Shown here: positions 27,834 to 37,609 of the stretch, piece after piece | Numbering within the stretch: the stretch's first letter is position 1 | Layout: every line of letters starts with the position of its first letter | DNA from: Candidatus Falkowbacteria bacterium | Lineage (GTDB): Bacteria > Patescibacteriota > Patescibacteriia > CAIXNZ01 | Direction: 5' to 3' | Length of the DNA stretch: 64,000 nucleotides | NCBI GenBank assembly: GCA_963774955.1 | Contig: CAVZGV010000005.1 | Span: 30,495 to 94,494 of the forward strand | Notes under the pieces: model-generated | What the model saw: the letters and a program-made list of their open reading frames with translations, nothing else | Databases searched by the model: none | What the model was told of the DNA's origin: nothing | Position numbers and translations under genes: made by a program

Positions 27834-30081
27834 TTATTTCCTCCTCTGAAAACTTGCCCAGAATAGGGGTTAGAAGCGGTAAAAAGACCAATGTTCCGAC
27901 CGAACAAACAACCATGGTCAGAACAATCAGCCAGCCAAAATCGCGAATCGGGGTAAAGCTGGAGAACAATAGCACCGTAAACCCCAGGATATTCGACAGC
28001 GCGTCAAAAAGTATGGGTTTGCCAGCCTGATAATTGGTCAGACTGATCATTTCCTGCAAAAACCGTTTGTCCGGTTTCTTTTCCAGCAAACGATTTAAGT
28101 AGTGAATGCTAAAGTCCACGCCGACCCCGACTGTGACTGAAGTAAGAATACAGCTGGCCAGATCAAGCCTGATCCCCAGCCAGCCCATTAACCCAAACAC
28201 CAGAATGGTGGAATAAGTTAAGGGCGCAATCGCCAAAACTCCCAGCCGCCAGGAACGGAAAACAAGAGCGCAGACCAGCCAGATAATGATGATCGAACAA
28301 ATGATATTCACTATTTTGCCGGTCACGATGTACTTGTTCTGGCTGATCCATTCCATGTTTTCGCCCCCGAATTTAGCTGTCAGTTCCGGAGGGAAATTCG
28401 TAGCCAGGTAATTTTTCATCTGCTCGTAATTCTGTTCAATTACCTGACTGTCGTCAATATTCATCCAGATGGTCACTTTCAGCTTTTGATGTGACCCGTC
28501 CAGATAAGTACCCAAATCCACGGTTGTGTCCATGGCGTAAAGCAACAGGTATTGTGAAACCAAGGCAAAAGACCTTGGCACACTCTCCTGCTGATTCAGG
28601 GTTTTGTTGATGTAAATCAAGGCGTCGATAATGGAATCAGTGTAGCCGACAGACGGCAAACCGGCAGCGTATTTCTGGAACTGCCAGATCTGCTCCAAAT
28701 TTTGCGGCTGGAGGACACAATCAGTGGTTTGACATTCAAACATCACTTCGATCACGCCTGTGCCCTTAAACTCCCGGTCAAATAATTCCGAAGTCAAACG
28801 AACAGGATGGTCAGCCGGGAAAAACTTGGTCGGATTCGAACCGACCTGCAACTGGCTCATGCCAACAAGCGCTAGAACCAACAAAATGCCGGAAACCAGC
28901 CAAACCAGCCGAGGATGTTGGATAATTTTCTTTATGCCAACCAGGCAAGACTCAGTCAATTGCTCAAAAAACCCAAGTCCTTTGCCTGGTTTTTGGGTTG
29001 GCGGCAAAACTGCCAATAAGGCCGGGCAAAATATCAGAATGTAAATCAGCATGAAGATAATGCCCAGAGCCGCAAACAAACCAAATTCCCGCAAAGAAAT
29101 TATTTTGAACACCGCCAGGGTGCCAAACCCAATCGCCGAAGTCAGCCCGGCCAAAGCAATTGGCTTGACGACCAAGCTTAGGGCCTGATTTCTTTGTTGG
29201 GGACTAACCGAAAAGTAACGTTCCAGTAAATGAATACCGTAGGACGAACCTAAGGCGATAATCATTACCGGAATAATGGAGGTAACCGTGCTGACCTTAT
29301 ACCCCAGCCAGCCCATGGCACCCATGGTAGAAACCACGGCCAAAAGCATGGCTATAAGCGGCAGGAAAACCGAACGCAGGTTAGCAAAGCAAAAAAAGAA
29401 TAAGAGACAAATGACCGCAATGGCCAAGGGAAAAAGAATAGACAGGTCATGATTAATACCGGCGTCAATCGCTTCATCAATGACCTGAAAACTGTAGACA
29501 AAAATTTTTTCAGGTCCCTGATATTGGGCGATCAGATCATTAGCCACCTGGTAGACCTCGTGTTCCGGCGTGGTTTTATCAACCGGAGCCTGAATCAAAG
29601 TCGTGGTCAAATCAGCAGAAATCAAACGCTGCCAGATCAAAGAGTTACTGCGCAGCACCTGTTCCAGCCGTTGTAATTCCTGACTGGTCTGAGGCACAGT
29701 AGACAGTAGCGGTTCGATCAGAAGACCGTCCGCTGAATTTTCCACTTGCGTAAAAGTCGCCAGGCTCAAAATCTGTTCTTTGTTGATGCCCGGGAAAGAG
29801 CGCAAGGCTTGTGAAAATTCTTTAAGTTTGACCAGGCTCGCAGAATTAAGCAGGCCGTTTTCATTGACAACGGCAAAAACCACATAGCTTTTGTCGCCGA
29901 AAACCTGCTTGAATTCATTATTGGTTTGGACGATCTGATCATTGTCAGGCAGCTCGCCCTCCAAGACCGACCGAATTTCCAGTTTGCCCAGGCCATAAGC
30001 CAGGAACAAAGTCAGACTCAGGCAGGCCGCGATGACCCACCATTTGTACTTGCCTACCAGGTTAAAAAATCGTTCCATCAC
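27823..30081 (-). CDS. RND-superfamily exporter (MMPL/COG1033 type, two 6-TM bundles)
   Basis: 752 aa, N-terminal TM + periplasmic domain + 5 TM, repeated. Typical MMPL-type motif regions. Confidence 0.8.
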   Translation of the reverse strand: MMERFFNLVGKYKWWVIAACLSLTLFLAYGLGKLEIRSVLEGELPDNDQIVQTNNEFKQVFGDKSYVVFAVVNENGLLNSASLVKLKEFSQALRSFPGINKEQILSLATFTQVENSADGLLIEPLLSTVPQTSQELQRLEQVLRSNSLIWQRLISADLTTTLIQAPVDKTTPEHEVYQVANDLIAQYQGPEKIFVYSFQVIDEAIDAGINHDLSILFPLAIAVICLLFFFCFANLRSVFLPLIAMLLAVVSTMGAMGWLGYKVSTVTSIIPVMIIALGSSYGIHLLERYFSVSPQQRNQALSLVVKPIALAGLTSAIGFGTLAVFKIISLREFGLFAALGIIFMLIYILIFCPALLAVLPPTQKPGKGLGFFEQLTESCLVGIKKIIQHPRLVWLVSGILLVLALVGMSQLQVGSNPTKFFPADHPVRLTSELFDREFKGTGVIEVMFECQTTDCVLQPQNLEQIWQFQKYAAGLPSVGYTDSIIDALIYINKTLNQQESVPRSFALVSQYLLLYAMDTTVDLGTYLDGSHQKLKVTIWMNIDDSQVIEQNYEQMKNYLATNFPPELTAKFGGENMEWISQNKYIVTGKIVNIICSIIIIWLVCALVFRSWRLGVLAIAPLTYSTILVFGLMGWLGIRLDLASCILTSVTVGVGVDFSIHYLNRLLEKKPDKRFLQEMISLTNYQAGKPILFDALSNILGFTVLLFSSFTPIRDFGWLIVLTMVVCSVGTLVFLPLLTPILGKFSEEEINER

Positions 30082-30230
30082 ATCCTCCTCTTGCAGCCGT
30101 TAGCTACGGTTTTTGTTTATTTTTTGAAGTTATAATACCTCTAAATTGTCAAAGTTCAGATACTTAAAGTTACCATAAAAAATGCAAGTTGTCAACGATT
30201 TAACAAAATAAAAAAGGGCATTGCTGCCCT

Positions 30231-31469
30231 TTAAAATTTATAGCTCAAACGGAAGATAAAACGCTGGTTTTGTTCCATGAATTCCCAGAAACTTTCTGTC
30301 TCGCCGCTAAAGTAATTGTACTCCAGCTGTAAGGACAGATTATTCTGAAAAGTATAGGCCAGGCTGGGAATTATAATCGTGCCCTCATTGGGAAAATTAT
30401 AAATCCCTTCAACCGCTGCTGAAAAGAAATCATCGCCAAAAATAATTTTGGCCGACGCTGCATTGGTGAAAAAATGCCTGATCCAATTGGGATCTTCTTG
30501 ACTCGGAGATTCGCCAATATACTGCATGGTCAGATAAAGATTATAATTGCCGGCCACCTGGCCGAAATTATAATCCCCGCCAACCACATACTGGCCATAA
30601 TCCTGATCCGGCATATCGGGGTAAACATAATAAGCACCTTCACCCCGCAAGACCAGCTGCCCGATGGAGTAGACAAATCCGCCGCCCAGAGCCTGCATCT
30701 GTTCATAGTGGTAAACCAAACGCAAATTCCAGGGATCAGACGCATCGACTTCAATGAACGGCAAGGCGTCATAGCCAGAATACAGCAGACTGACCAGCTG
30801 CAGATTTTCTTTTTGCCAGCTCAGCCGCAAACCAAACTGCCAGGGAGACTCATGCTGCTGCGGCAAGTCCTTATCAACCGGCAAATCAACCCCGTAATAA
30901 AAGTAACTATTTAGGGGCGGTAAACGGCTGGGAATAAAATACGGGACCACCACAGCTTCAATCTGCCAGTCAGCCGGGTAATAGGCAAAGGCCAGCAGAG
31001 GCAAACCGATTTTCCGGTCGTAAATCAAATCAGTCAGATCAACCGGGTTAATCAGATCGATCGGATTAAACCGATCAGTAATACCCCAGTTGATTTTCTT
31101 GATCCCCAGATACAAATCTGCCTGCGGCCAATAGCGCCGCAAATAGCATTCTTCCAGACTCAGATAAGGACGGTAATCCTGATTTTCAGCCAGGGCTCCC
31201 CGCTCCAAATCCAAATAATTGTATCTGGATTCCAATTCACTCTGCCATTGCCAGTCATCAGTCAGAAAGACTTTCAATTTCAAATTGACAATCCCCTCAG
31301 GGACATATGCCTGATCACGCTGACCAGCGGTCTGATCTTCGCCTGGCTGGGTATAGAAAAAGGAATTAAACTGTACATTGCCCTTGAGGCTAAAATCATC
31401 CTTTTCCAAAGCCAAAAGCTGACCGGGAAAAAGCAGAAGTAAAAGCATGATTATTATCTTTTTCATCAA
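30231..31469 (-). CDS. putative outer-membrane beta-barrel protein (DUF1302-like partner of COG1033 exporters)
   Basis: Signal peptide MMKKIIIMLLLLLFPGQLLA, alternating amphipathic strands rich in Y/G/N, C-terminal ..RLSYKF aromatic terminus. Confidence 0.5.
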   Translation of the reverse strand: MMKKIIIMLLLLLFPGQLLALEKDDFSLKGNVQFNSFFYTQPGEDQTAGQRDQAYVPEGIVNLKLKVFLTDDWQWQSELESRYNYLDLERGALAENQDYRPYLSLEECYLRRYWPQADLYLGIKKINWGITDRFNPIDLINPVDLTDLIYDRKIGLPLLAFAYYPADWQIEAVVVPYFIPSRLPPLNSYFYYGVDLPVDKDLPQQHESPWQFGLRLSWQKENLQLVSLLYSGYDALPFIEVDASDPWNLRLVYHYEQMQALGGGFVYSIGQLVLRGEGAYYVYPDMPDQDYGQYVVGGDYNFGQVAGNYNLYLTMQYIGESPSQEDPNWIRHFFTNAASAKIIFGDDFFSAAVEGIYNFPNEGTIIIPSLAYTFQNNLSLQLEYNYFSGETESFWEFMEQNQRFIFRLSYKF

Positions 31470-31545
31470 TTATCCTCCCTTGATATCAAAGAACTTTAAG
31501 ATTACTTAGATTATCAGAATAAACTAATTTTGTCAACATAAATTA

Positions 31546-31575
31546 AAAAGGGCAAACTATCAGTTCACCCTTTTG
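31546..31575 (-). terminator. terminator downstream of the GNAT gene 31664-32146
   Basis: On the minus strand, AAAAGGG-15 nt-CCCTTTTT. Confidence 0.45.
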
Positions 31576-31585
31576 GGGATTGCCA

Positions 31586-31640
31586 AATTTACTTAAAGAA
31601 CGAACGAATTTTTTGCCACAGTCTTTGACAGCACCAGCAA
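31586..31640. repeat. ~55-bp imperfect direct repeat (copy 1), remnant of a small-gene 3' end
   Basis: aaatttacttaaagaacgaacgaattttttgccacagtctttgacagcaccagcaa is about 88% identical to 36697-36753. The minus-strand translation gives ..CCQRLWQKIRSFFK* with no upstream ATG. Confidence 0.6.
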
Positions 31641-31663
31641 TTTTGCCAAATATTTATTCTATT

Positions 31664-32146
31664 TTAAATTTTCCTGACCATAACCAAGACTTCGGGCAAA
31701 TTTTTATTATTCGGATATTTTTTTATTTTTTTAGCTACAAAACCGCAATCTTTATAAGTATTAACTGCCTGTAAATTATCAGGCCTAACCTCCAGATATA
31801 TTTTCCCAATCTTTTTCCGCTTGGCTTTTGTCAGTAATATTTTGATGGCAGTTGTACCGATTCCCCTGCCCCAATACTTCTTTTCACCTATAACTATTTG
31901 GGTCTCATACCATCCGCCTTTCCTGGCAGCTAAAGTAATGTGACCGACTGTTTTCTTACCATATTCAATCATGAACTGCCAATTTTTCTTATCTTCCAGC
32001 ATGTCCAGAAAATATTTCCGCACTTCAAAATCAGACAGTATTTTAAAATTGCCGCTGGTTACACTGATAAGTCCCCTATCACGCCACCACTTGAAAAAGT
32101 ATTTAATATCAGATGCTTTTAATTTTCTTAAATGAATTACTGCCAT
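31664..32146 (-). CDS. GNAT family N-acetyltransferase
   Basis: ..IVIGEKKYWGRGIGTTAIKILL.. motif A. Confidence 0.8.
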   Translation of the reverse strand: MAVIHLRKLKASDIKYFFKWWRDRGLISVTSGNFKILSDFEVRKYFLDMLEDKKNWQFMIEYGKKTVGHITLAARKGGWYETQIVIGEKKYWGRGIGTTAIKILLTKAKRKKIGKIYLEVRPDNLQAVNTYKDCGFVAKKIKKYPNNKNLPEVLVMVRKI

Positions 32147-32150
32147 CTAC

Positions 32151-32768
32151 TTATTTTAAATTTATTATCTTTTCCAACTCCTTAACAAATTTTTTCGTTA
32201 AACTGCTTTTACGATATCGCATGGGCATTTTTCGCCACTTTTTTATTCCACGCTTAGCAAATAATTTTGCTTTGGCTTTGTTTCCCATTTGAATGTAAAG
32301 TGTTGCCAAAGCATAATCAGAGCCATAGTGTCCCCTAATATGCTTGTAGGCAAGAAGATAAAATTTTTCAGCATTTTTTAAATCGCCAAAATTCCGATAA
32401 CAATGTCCGATATACATATTATATGCCTTATCATTAGAAATCCTGATGTACTTTTTAGCCAGGGAAAATGCCCGCTTATCCTTTCGCCTGATTAAAAATC
32501 TAATCTTGCCAAAATAACCGCCGTTATATTTGGGATACTTGTTTATCAATCGGTCATAAATGTCTTCCGATTCCTTAAGATCAAGTTGATCTTTATTTTT
32601 CTGACCACGTTTGTCTAATAATTCACCGAGCATTGATAAAACATCCTTGTCATTAGGATATTTTTCTAACCATTGCCTTAAAAGTAATATACCGGGAGTA
32701 TAATTATCCTGATCGCGATAATGATTAAATTTTTGATGTAATTTTTTAGCTGCTAATTTTTTATTCAT
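32151..32768 (-). CDS. hypothetical basic protein with TPR-like helical repeats
   Basis: 205 aa, K/R-rich, with repeated helical hairpins (..AYNMYIGHCYRNFGDLKNAEKFYLLAY..). Confidence 0.35.
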   Translation of the reverse strand: MNKKLAAKKLHQKFNHYRDQDNYTPGILLLRQWLEKYPNDKDVLSMLGELLDKRGQKNKDQLDLKESEDIYDRLINKYPKYNGGYFGKIRFLIRRKDKRAFSLAKKYIRISNDKAYNMYIGHCYRNFGDLKNAEKFYLLAYKHIRGHYGSDYALATLYIQMGNKAKAKLFAKRGIKKWRKMPMRYRKSSLTKKFVKELEKIINLK

Positions 32769-32831
32769 ACAATAACTATTTTCTTAGAACTACTTATATG
32801 CTAACAAATATCAGGGTAAAGATAAACCATA

Positions 32832-33305
32832 TTACAACTTAATAATCGGGGTATAATTCCCGCCTTTTGAGGTAATCTTTGCCTTAAACGCCAGCCAAAT
32901 ACCCAGAGAGGCCTTATTATCTTTATGTATAGTACAAGATAAATATTTGAGGTTACTATTCTTAGCAATTTCCAATATCTGTTTAAAAGCTTGAGTTGTA
33001 ATCCCCATTCCCCAATACTTGCTGGCTAACCAGTAACCGACATTGGCTTTCTTTGTCCCTAAATTAATATGACTTAGGGAAATCATGCCAATGGCCCGGC
33101 TTTTCAACATAATCGTAAATATTTGAGCCCGGTTATTTTTTGCCCAAACAATATTTTTAGTCTTAAACTCTTGAGCAGTTATTTTTTTACCTTCACCACC
33201 TAAACTCTGATCTAATTTTTCATCAGTATTCAAAATACTGACAAATTGGTTTACCTGCCTGGCGTTAAGATCATGAACGGATTTTATCCGGATATATTTT
33301 AACAT
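32832..33305 (-). CDS. GNAT family N-acetyltransferase (RimJ/RimL-like)
   Basis: ..GYWLASKYWGMGITTQAFKQIL.. motif A. Confidence 0.8.
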   Translation of the reverse strand: MLKYIRIKSVHDLNARQVNQFVSILNTDEKLDQSLGGEGKKITAQEFKTKNIVWAKNNRAQIFTIMLKSRAIGMISLSHINLGTKKANVGYWLASKYWGMGITTQAFKQILEIAKNSNLKYLSCTIHKDNKASLGIWLAFKAKITSKGGNYTPIIKL

Positions 33306-33470
33306 ATTTGCTGCTAGTTATTGATTTAAGTATAATAATAAACCGGCCGAAAGAACAGACCGGGTTTGCTGACCATTATTAATCGGGAATGGTATATGAG
33401 TCAAGAATAGGATGAAACAGAGATAAAAAGCAAAAAAAGCACCGAGCCGAAGCCCGGTGCTTATAGATTA

Positions 33471-34304
33471 TTACCCGCCTATCTCAGCTAGTTTTTTTCG
33501 GTAAAACTCAGGGAAAACTTTCCGGAACGCAGGGTTAATGTCATCATTCCGAAAATAATTTTCCTGCAGATATACCAATGCTGCCATTCCTGGCTTGAAC
33601 TTTTCGAAAATGGCTCGATTGTTTACCCGAGGGCCGGTTGAAATTACGCGAGTCAATCCGTGTTTGCGCAGAACTTCAGCCTGGACATTCAAAGCCCGCC
33701 ACTCAGCGTCCCACCATTCCACCTGACAATCATATGAATTATATCCTTCCAATTCACACAACTTGAACCGCATGCCCGATTGGTGCTTGCCCATCCAGTC
33801 CTCAATGTGACGATTTTCATGCACCAAATATGAGGCCAAGAATCCTGGCCGCTCATTCTCAACGGAAAAATATTTGGGGTTAATGCCAAGGGCAAAATTT
33901 ATTCCGCTGAAAACCAGGGGACTGACATTTTCCTGACTCGTGTAAGCCGTTTTTAATTGCCTGGAACGAATCAAAGTAATTAAATTGGTTCTGGCGTCAT
34001 TATCAGGAATAGAATTGATAATTTCAACCAGCTTGTGCTGATCACTTTGCAACTCCTGGGCAGAATACAACCTCCCGACACTGGTGTCAGCCAGAATCAT
34101 CGTAAACTCATCGGAAGATAAATCTGCCACAGAATCATCAGAAACGGTCAGAACAAGGACAGAGCAGGCTGCCAGCAGAACCATTGACGTAAAGGCGATT
34201 GCCAGGCTCAACTTCTTTTTGGTCCACCAGCCTTGCTTATTCTCCGTGGCCATTGCCTTTTTGCCGGTCTTATTTTTACCCGACTTGATTCTCTTGCTCA
34301 TCAC
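33471..34304 (-). CDS. membrane-anchored protein with HExxH motif (putative zinc metallopeptidase)
   Basis: N-terminal K-rich stretch plus a TM helix, then LVHENRHIEDW (HExxH). GC-richer than neighbouring DNA. Confidence 0.4.
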   Translation of the reverse strand: MMSKRIKSGKNKTGKKAMATENKQGWWTKKKLSLAIAFTSMVLLAACSVLVLTVSDDSVADLSSDEFTMILADTSVGRLYSAQELQSDQHKLVEIINSIPDNDARTNLITLIRSRQLKTAYTSQENVSPLVFSGINFALGINPKYFSVENERPGFLASYLVHENRHIEDWMGKHQSGMRFKLCELEGYNSYDCQVEWWDAEWRALNVQAEVLRKHGLTRVISTGPRVNNRAIFEKFKPGMAALVYLQENYFRNDDINPAFRKVFPEFYRKKLAEIGG

Positions 34305-34424
34305 AACTACTCCTTTCGCCCGCTCGGGCTGCTATTTTGTTTTTGTAAAGAACTTTAACAAAGCGACGCTTACCTAATTAAACATTCAATAATATCAGGA
34401 ATTAAGACATTTGTCAATGGTAAA

Positions 34425-34455
34425 CAAAAAAAAGCCCCTTCTCAGAGGGGCTTTA
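34425..34455. terminator. bidirectional terminator
   Basis: A8-GCCCCTTCTCAGAGGGGC-TTT. Confidence 0.55.
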
Positions 34456-34458
34456 AAT

Positions 34459-34779
34459 TTAATCATTGTAAAGAGAAACGTAAGACCGAATCCTTTCCTC
34501 AGAAACCGGCATTTCGCGATCAATTAAGCAAGTAATTATCGCTTGCCGTAATTCCTGACCGACCAGCCGCTTTTCATCCGTCTCTTTGTAATTAATATCA
34601 GCGGCAATCTCATGGATCTCGGACAACACATTACCGCAATAAAAGTTTATCGGAGCTTCAGCTGTCGATACCATCGGCTTAAAGTTTTTGCAGCTGTCTT
34701 TGTTTTTAAAGACAACCCCCAAAATTAACCCAATGACCGATGCTAAAACTAAACTGGCCACCAATACGTTCCTTTTCAT
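34459..34779 (-). CDS. small secreted/membrane-anchored hypothetical protein
   Basis: 106 aa with an N-terminal hydrophobic segment. Confidence 0.4.
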   Translation of the reverse strand: MKRNVLVASLVLASVIGLILGVVFKNKDSCKNFKPMVSTAEAPINFYCGNVLSEIHEIAADINYKETDEKRLVGQELRQAIITCLIDREMPVSEERIRSYVSLYND

Positions 34780-35051
34780 CTTCCTTTCCTCCTTGCCCGC
34801 TTTTGTCGGGCTTTTGATTTTAAAGACCTATTATAATTATAAATTACCTAAAAATTGCGGCAATGATTTATAAGGCAAAAAAGTGTTAAAAATAAATAAC
34901 AAAAAAGAGCCAAAATGCATTTTGACTCTGAAAATATTACTATATCCTCTGCGAATTCATGCAAACAATCGCTAACAAAGATATACACATAGCCTTTTTG
35001 TTTAGCTAAATAAAAAAACTGACATCAAGAGCAGAGCTGGTTAAAAATATA

Positions 35052-35657
35052 TTATTCGGTATAATTTTTCAATAAGCCCTCCAATCTTCTAAACTCGTCA
35101 TCCTCCCCCTTAATCGTCCAGTCAACATTTTCCGCCAAACGAGAGCATAACTTTAAAAACTCTTCCCGGCCAGCCAACACCGGCACGCCTAAATCATCGG
35201 CAATATTATGCAAAACTTTCAGAGTTACCTCAAGTTCACTTTTAGCCGTGATCTTTTCTATTTCCAAATAAGCCACGTCTTTAGCTTTGATCAGAGAAGC
35301 AATAATATCGCCGTCATAGGAAAAATTATAGCTTTCCCGTTCGCCTACCCGCACGTCATCAAAATCAAGGAGTAAAAATAATTTCACGAATCCTATAAAA
35401 TCCTGAGCGCTAATCGGCTGGTTTATTTCCACCCGATCTGCCGCATGCCAGTCTCCCTTTTTAACGGCAATTTCAGCCTGACCGTTAGTAATTCTGATTC
35501 TGACATCCACTTCCCCGTTGGCAGTTTTACCGAAAAACATAACAGACAGCCGTTTGGTTTTGGAAAGTAAAGGCCGTGACGCTGACAACTTCTCCAAGAC
35601 TTTTTCAAAATCACCCGACACATCCGCCCTAATTTCACATTCAATATTTTTCTCCAT
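35052..35657 (-). CDS. CYTH-like domain protein (triphosphate tunnel metalloenzyme; CyaB/ThTPase fold)
   Basis: N-terminal MEKNIECEIRADV (ExExK-like) and C-terminal ..VAYLEIEKI.. acidic strands typical of CYTH. Confidence 0.5.
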   Translation of the reverse strand: MEKNIECEIRADVSGDFEKVLEKLSASRPLLSKTKRLSVMFFGKTANGEVDVRIRITNGQAEIAVKKGDWHAADRVEINQPISAQDFIGFVKLFLLLDFDDVRVGERESYNFSYDGDIIASLIKAKDVAYLEIEKITAKSELEVTLKVLHNIADDLGVPVLAGREEFLKLCSRLAENVDWTIKGEDDEFRRLEGLLKNYTE

Positions 35658-35667
35658 ATTTATAAAT

Positions 35668-36096
35668 TTAATTTATCCGCAGCTTTAATTCCTTAACACA
35701 CAATTTCAAATAAGCCGCAGTTTTATAAGATCTTAGCTGATTCAGATTAACCCATGCATATTCACTGTGTTCCTTAGGGTTAACTTTAATATTTTTTTTA
35801 TCCGTCTTAGCCAGGAAAATTAAAGTGAAAAATTGTTTCTTCTTTTTTCTGTCGATGTTTGAATAACAATAAAAAAGCTTCGGATTCTTCAGCTTCAAAC
35901 CGGATTCTTCAAGCGCTTCCCGCACCACCCCATTTTCCGGGATTTCACCATCCTCAAGCGTTCCTCCGGGCAAATCCCACCGACCTTCCAAAAATACGCC
36001 TTTGGCTCTTTTTAATATCAAAAGCTTATTATTATTTATAAACGCAACATGGACAATAATTCCTTTATGCATATAATTGATAATAATTATTTTCAA
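35668..36096 (-). CDS. NUDIX hydrolase
   Basis: Nudix box [24 protein letters not shown]. Confidence 0.85.
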   Translation of the reverse strand: MKIIIINYMHKGIIVHVAFINNNKLLILKRAKGVFLEGRWDLPGGTLEDGEIPENGVVREALEESGLKLKNPKLFYCYSNIDRKKKKQFFTLIFLAKTDKKNIKVNPKEHSEYAWVNLNQLRSYKTAAYLKLCVKELKLRIN

Positions 36097-36172
36097 TTTT
36101 ATATTTTTATAATATCACACTTTTTAACTTTAAAATAATATCAGATTACTACTTTTCTGCTATAATACCTTT

Positions 36173-36676
36173 ATGAATAAACGCCTACAAAAACAAATTC
36201 TTAAAATGGTTGCCAAGGATCAGGCTATGCGCTTTTTCGGGGTTTGGAATCCCAGGATAGACCATAAAAATACCAATGCCTTAAAAAATATTATTAAAAA
36301 GTATGGCTGGCCTGATATTCCCTTAGTTGGTAAGAAAGCGAGCCTGGGCGCCTTTCTTTTGGCCCAGCATGCTGATAAAGATTTAAAATTTCAAAAGCTA
36401 TGCCTGAAAATAATTACTGAAAAATTTAAAGAGCATAAAATGGAGCCGCAAAGCGTTGCTTACTTAACTGACCGCGTTCTAGTAAATTCCGGACAAAAAC
36501 AAATCTACGGCACTCAATTTTATTTTAATAAAAAGACCAAAAAGTTTGGACCGCGTCCAATCAATGATCGAAAAAATCTTTTTAAGCGCCGTCGCCAAAT
36601 GAAACTTGGTTCATTTTGGGCAAACTACAAACTGCTGCTCAAAAGGCACAGGGAGATACAAATAAAAAAAAGGTAA
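36173..36676 (+). CDS. hypothetical protein
   Basis: 167-aa ORF. A TATAAT box sits 7 nt upstream of the ATG, suggesting a leaderless transcript. Confidence 0.4.
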   Translation: MNKRLQKQILKMVAKDQAMRFFGVWNPRIDHKNTNALKNIIKKYGWPDIPLVGKKASLGAFLLAQHADKDLKFQKLCLKIITEKFKEHKMEPQSVAYLTDRVLVNSGQKQIYGTQFYFNKKTKKFGPRPINDRKNLFKRRRQMKLGSFWANYKLLLKRHREIQIKKR

Positions 36677-36696
36677 ATCAATGGTTTACCCTTTTT

Positions 36697-36753
36697 AAAT
36701 TTACTTATTAAAGAACGAGCAGATTTTTTGCCACAGTCTTTGGCACCACGAAG
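36697..36753. repeat. ~55-bp imperfect direct repeat (copy 2), overlapping the 3' end of ORF 36701-36910
   Basis: aaatttacttattaaagaacgagcagattttttgccacagtctttggcaccacg. It encodes ..WCQRLWQKICSFFNK*. Confidence 0.6.
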
Positions 36754-36910
36754 GCTTGGGTTCTTCCTTTTCATCCGGGTCCTTGTCTTCATGACTTGAG
36801 CCACTGCCATAATAGCCCATGCGCTCGCGCCAGTGTGGCGCAGGATTTTCATTTACCCATCCGGTAATCGGATCATAATCCCTGGAGCAACCATCATCAA
36901 AATCACGCAT
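36701..36910 (-). CDS. small hypothetical protein (W/H/G-rich), last gene of the ATP-grasp operon
   Basis: 69-aa ORF, GC-richer, 36 nt downstream of the HExxH gene. Confidence 0.35.
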   Translation of the reverse strand: MRDFDDGCSRDYDPITGWVNENPAPHWRERMGYYGSGSSHEDKDPDEKEEPKPSWCQRLWQKICSFFNK

Positions 36911-36946
36911 GACGACACCTCCTTTTTAAAACTCTTAAAGACGCCG

Positions 36947-37603
36947 CTAAACCTTTGACCTGGTTTGGTCTGCCAATTTATCAACCAATTGATAAATATT
37001 TTTATTCTTCAGCCAGATATTTTTGATAGTTGTTCTCAACTGCGAATGTTCCTCATACCCTTTATCAGCACATTCCATTAAATTAAAAAAATCCTGATTC
37101 AAAATTTCGGTTAAAGATTCCTTGATGTCATAATATTGCTTCAAATTTAACTCCTTATTAAAGCCCTCACCAAAAGCATACCAGGTATAAAAATGCCATA
37201 ATTCATGCATAACCACCATTTTGGGCCGATCTGAATCTAAGCTGACAAAAAATAAATTATCTATCAATGAATAACCGCAACGGTCATTGGACGTTAGATA
37301 GGCGGTAATTTTATCTACCGGCAAGCTGATCTCAAAAATCTCATCAGCCCGTTTAAAAAATTGATTCTGAACTTTATCCCATTCAGTCTGGAATTTGGCC
37401 AGCTGGGCTTGAGGGTCAATTTTATTAATATCCAAATAATTTTTTATAAATTCCTGCAATAACACGTCATCCAACTCTTCCCCGTAAGTCTGCTGATAAA
37501 TAAAATGCTGACGAGAGGGTTTGCCGCCATGACCCAAAGATTTGGCAGCAATATGAAAATTGAGAATATCTTTTGATAAATTGTATTCAAATTGTATGGT
37601 CAT
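36947..37603 (-). CDS. HExxH-motif protein (putative zinc peptidase; candidate leader peptidase)
   Basis: ..VVMHELWHFYTWYAFGEG.. HExxH+E-like motif. A 6-nt gap to the upstream MTase gene suggests the same operon. Confidence 0.45.
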   Translation of the reverse strand: MTIQFEYNLSKDILNFHIAAKSLGHGGKPSRQHFIYQQTYGEELDDVLLQEFIKNYLDINKIDPQAQLAKFQTEWDKVQNQFFKRADEIFEISLPVDKITAYLTSNDRCGYSLIDNLFFVSLDSDRPKMVVMHELWHFYTWYAFGEGFNKELNLKQYYDIKESLTEILNQDFFNLMECADKGYEEHSQLRTTIKNIWLKNKNIYQLVDKLADQTRSKV

Positions 37604-37609
37604 AAAGAT

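Noticed and set aside
36701-36910. The 69-aa ORF as a second graspetide precursor.
   Set aside because: It has no PFxxxFL-like leader motif and no clustered Thr/Ser-to-Asp/Glu core. Composition (W/H/G-rich) and size differ from the 32-aa precursor. It is left as hypothetical.
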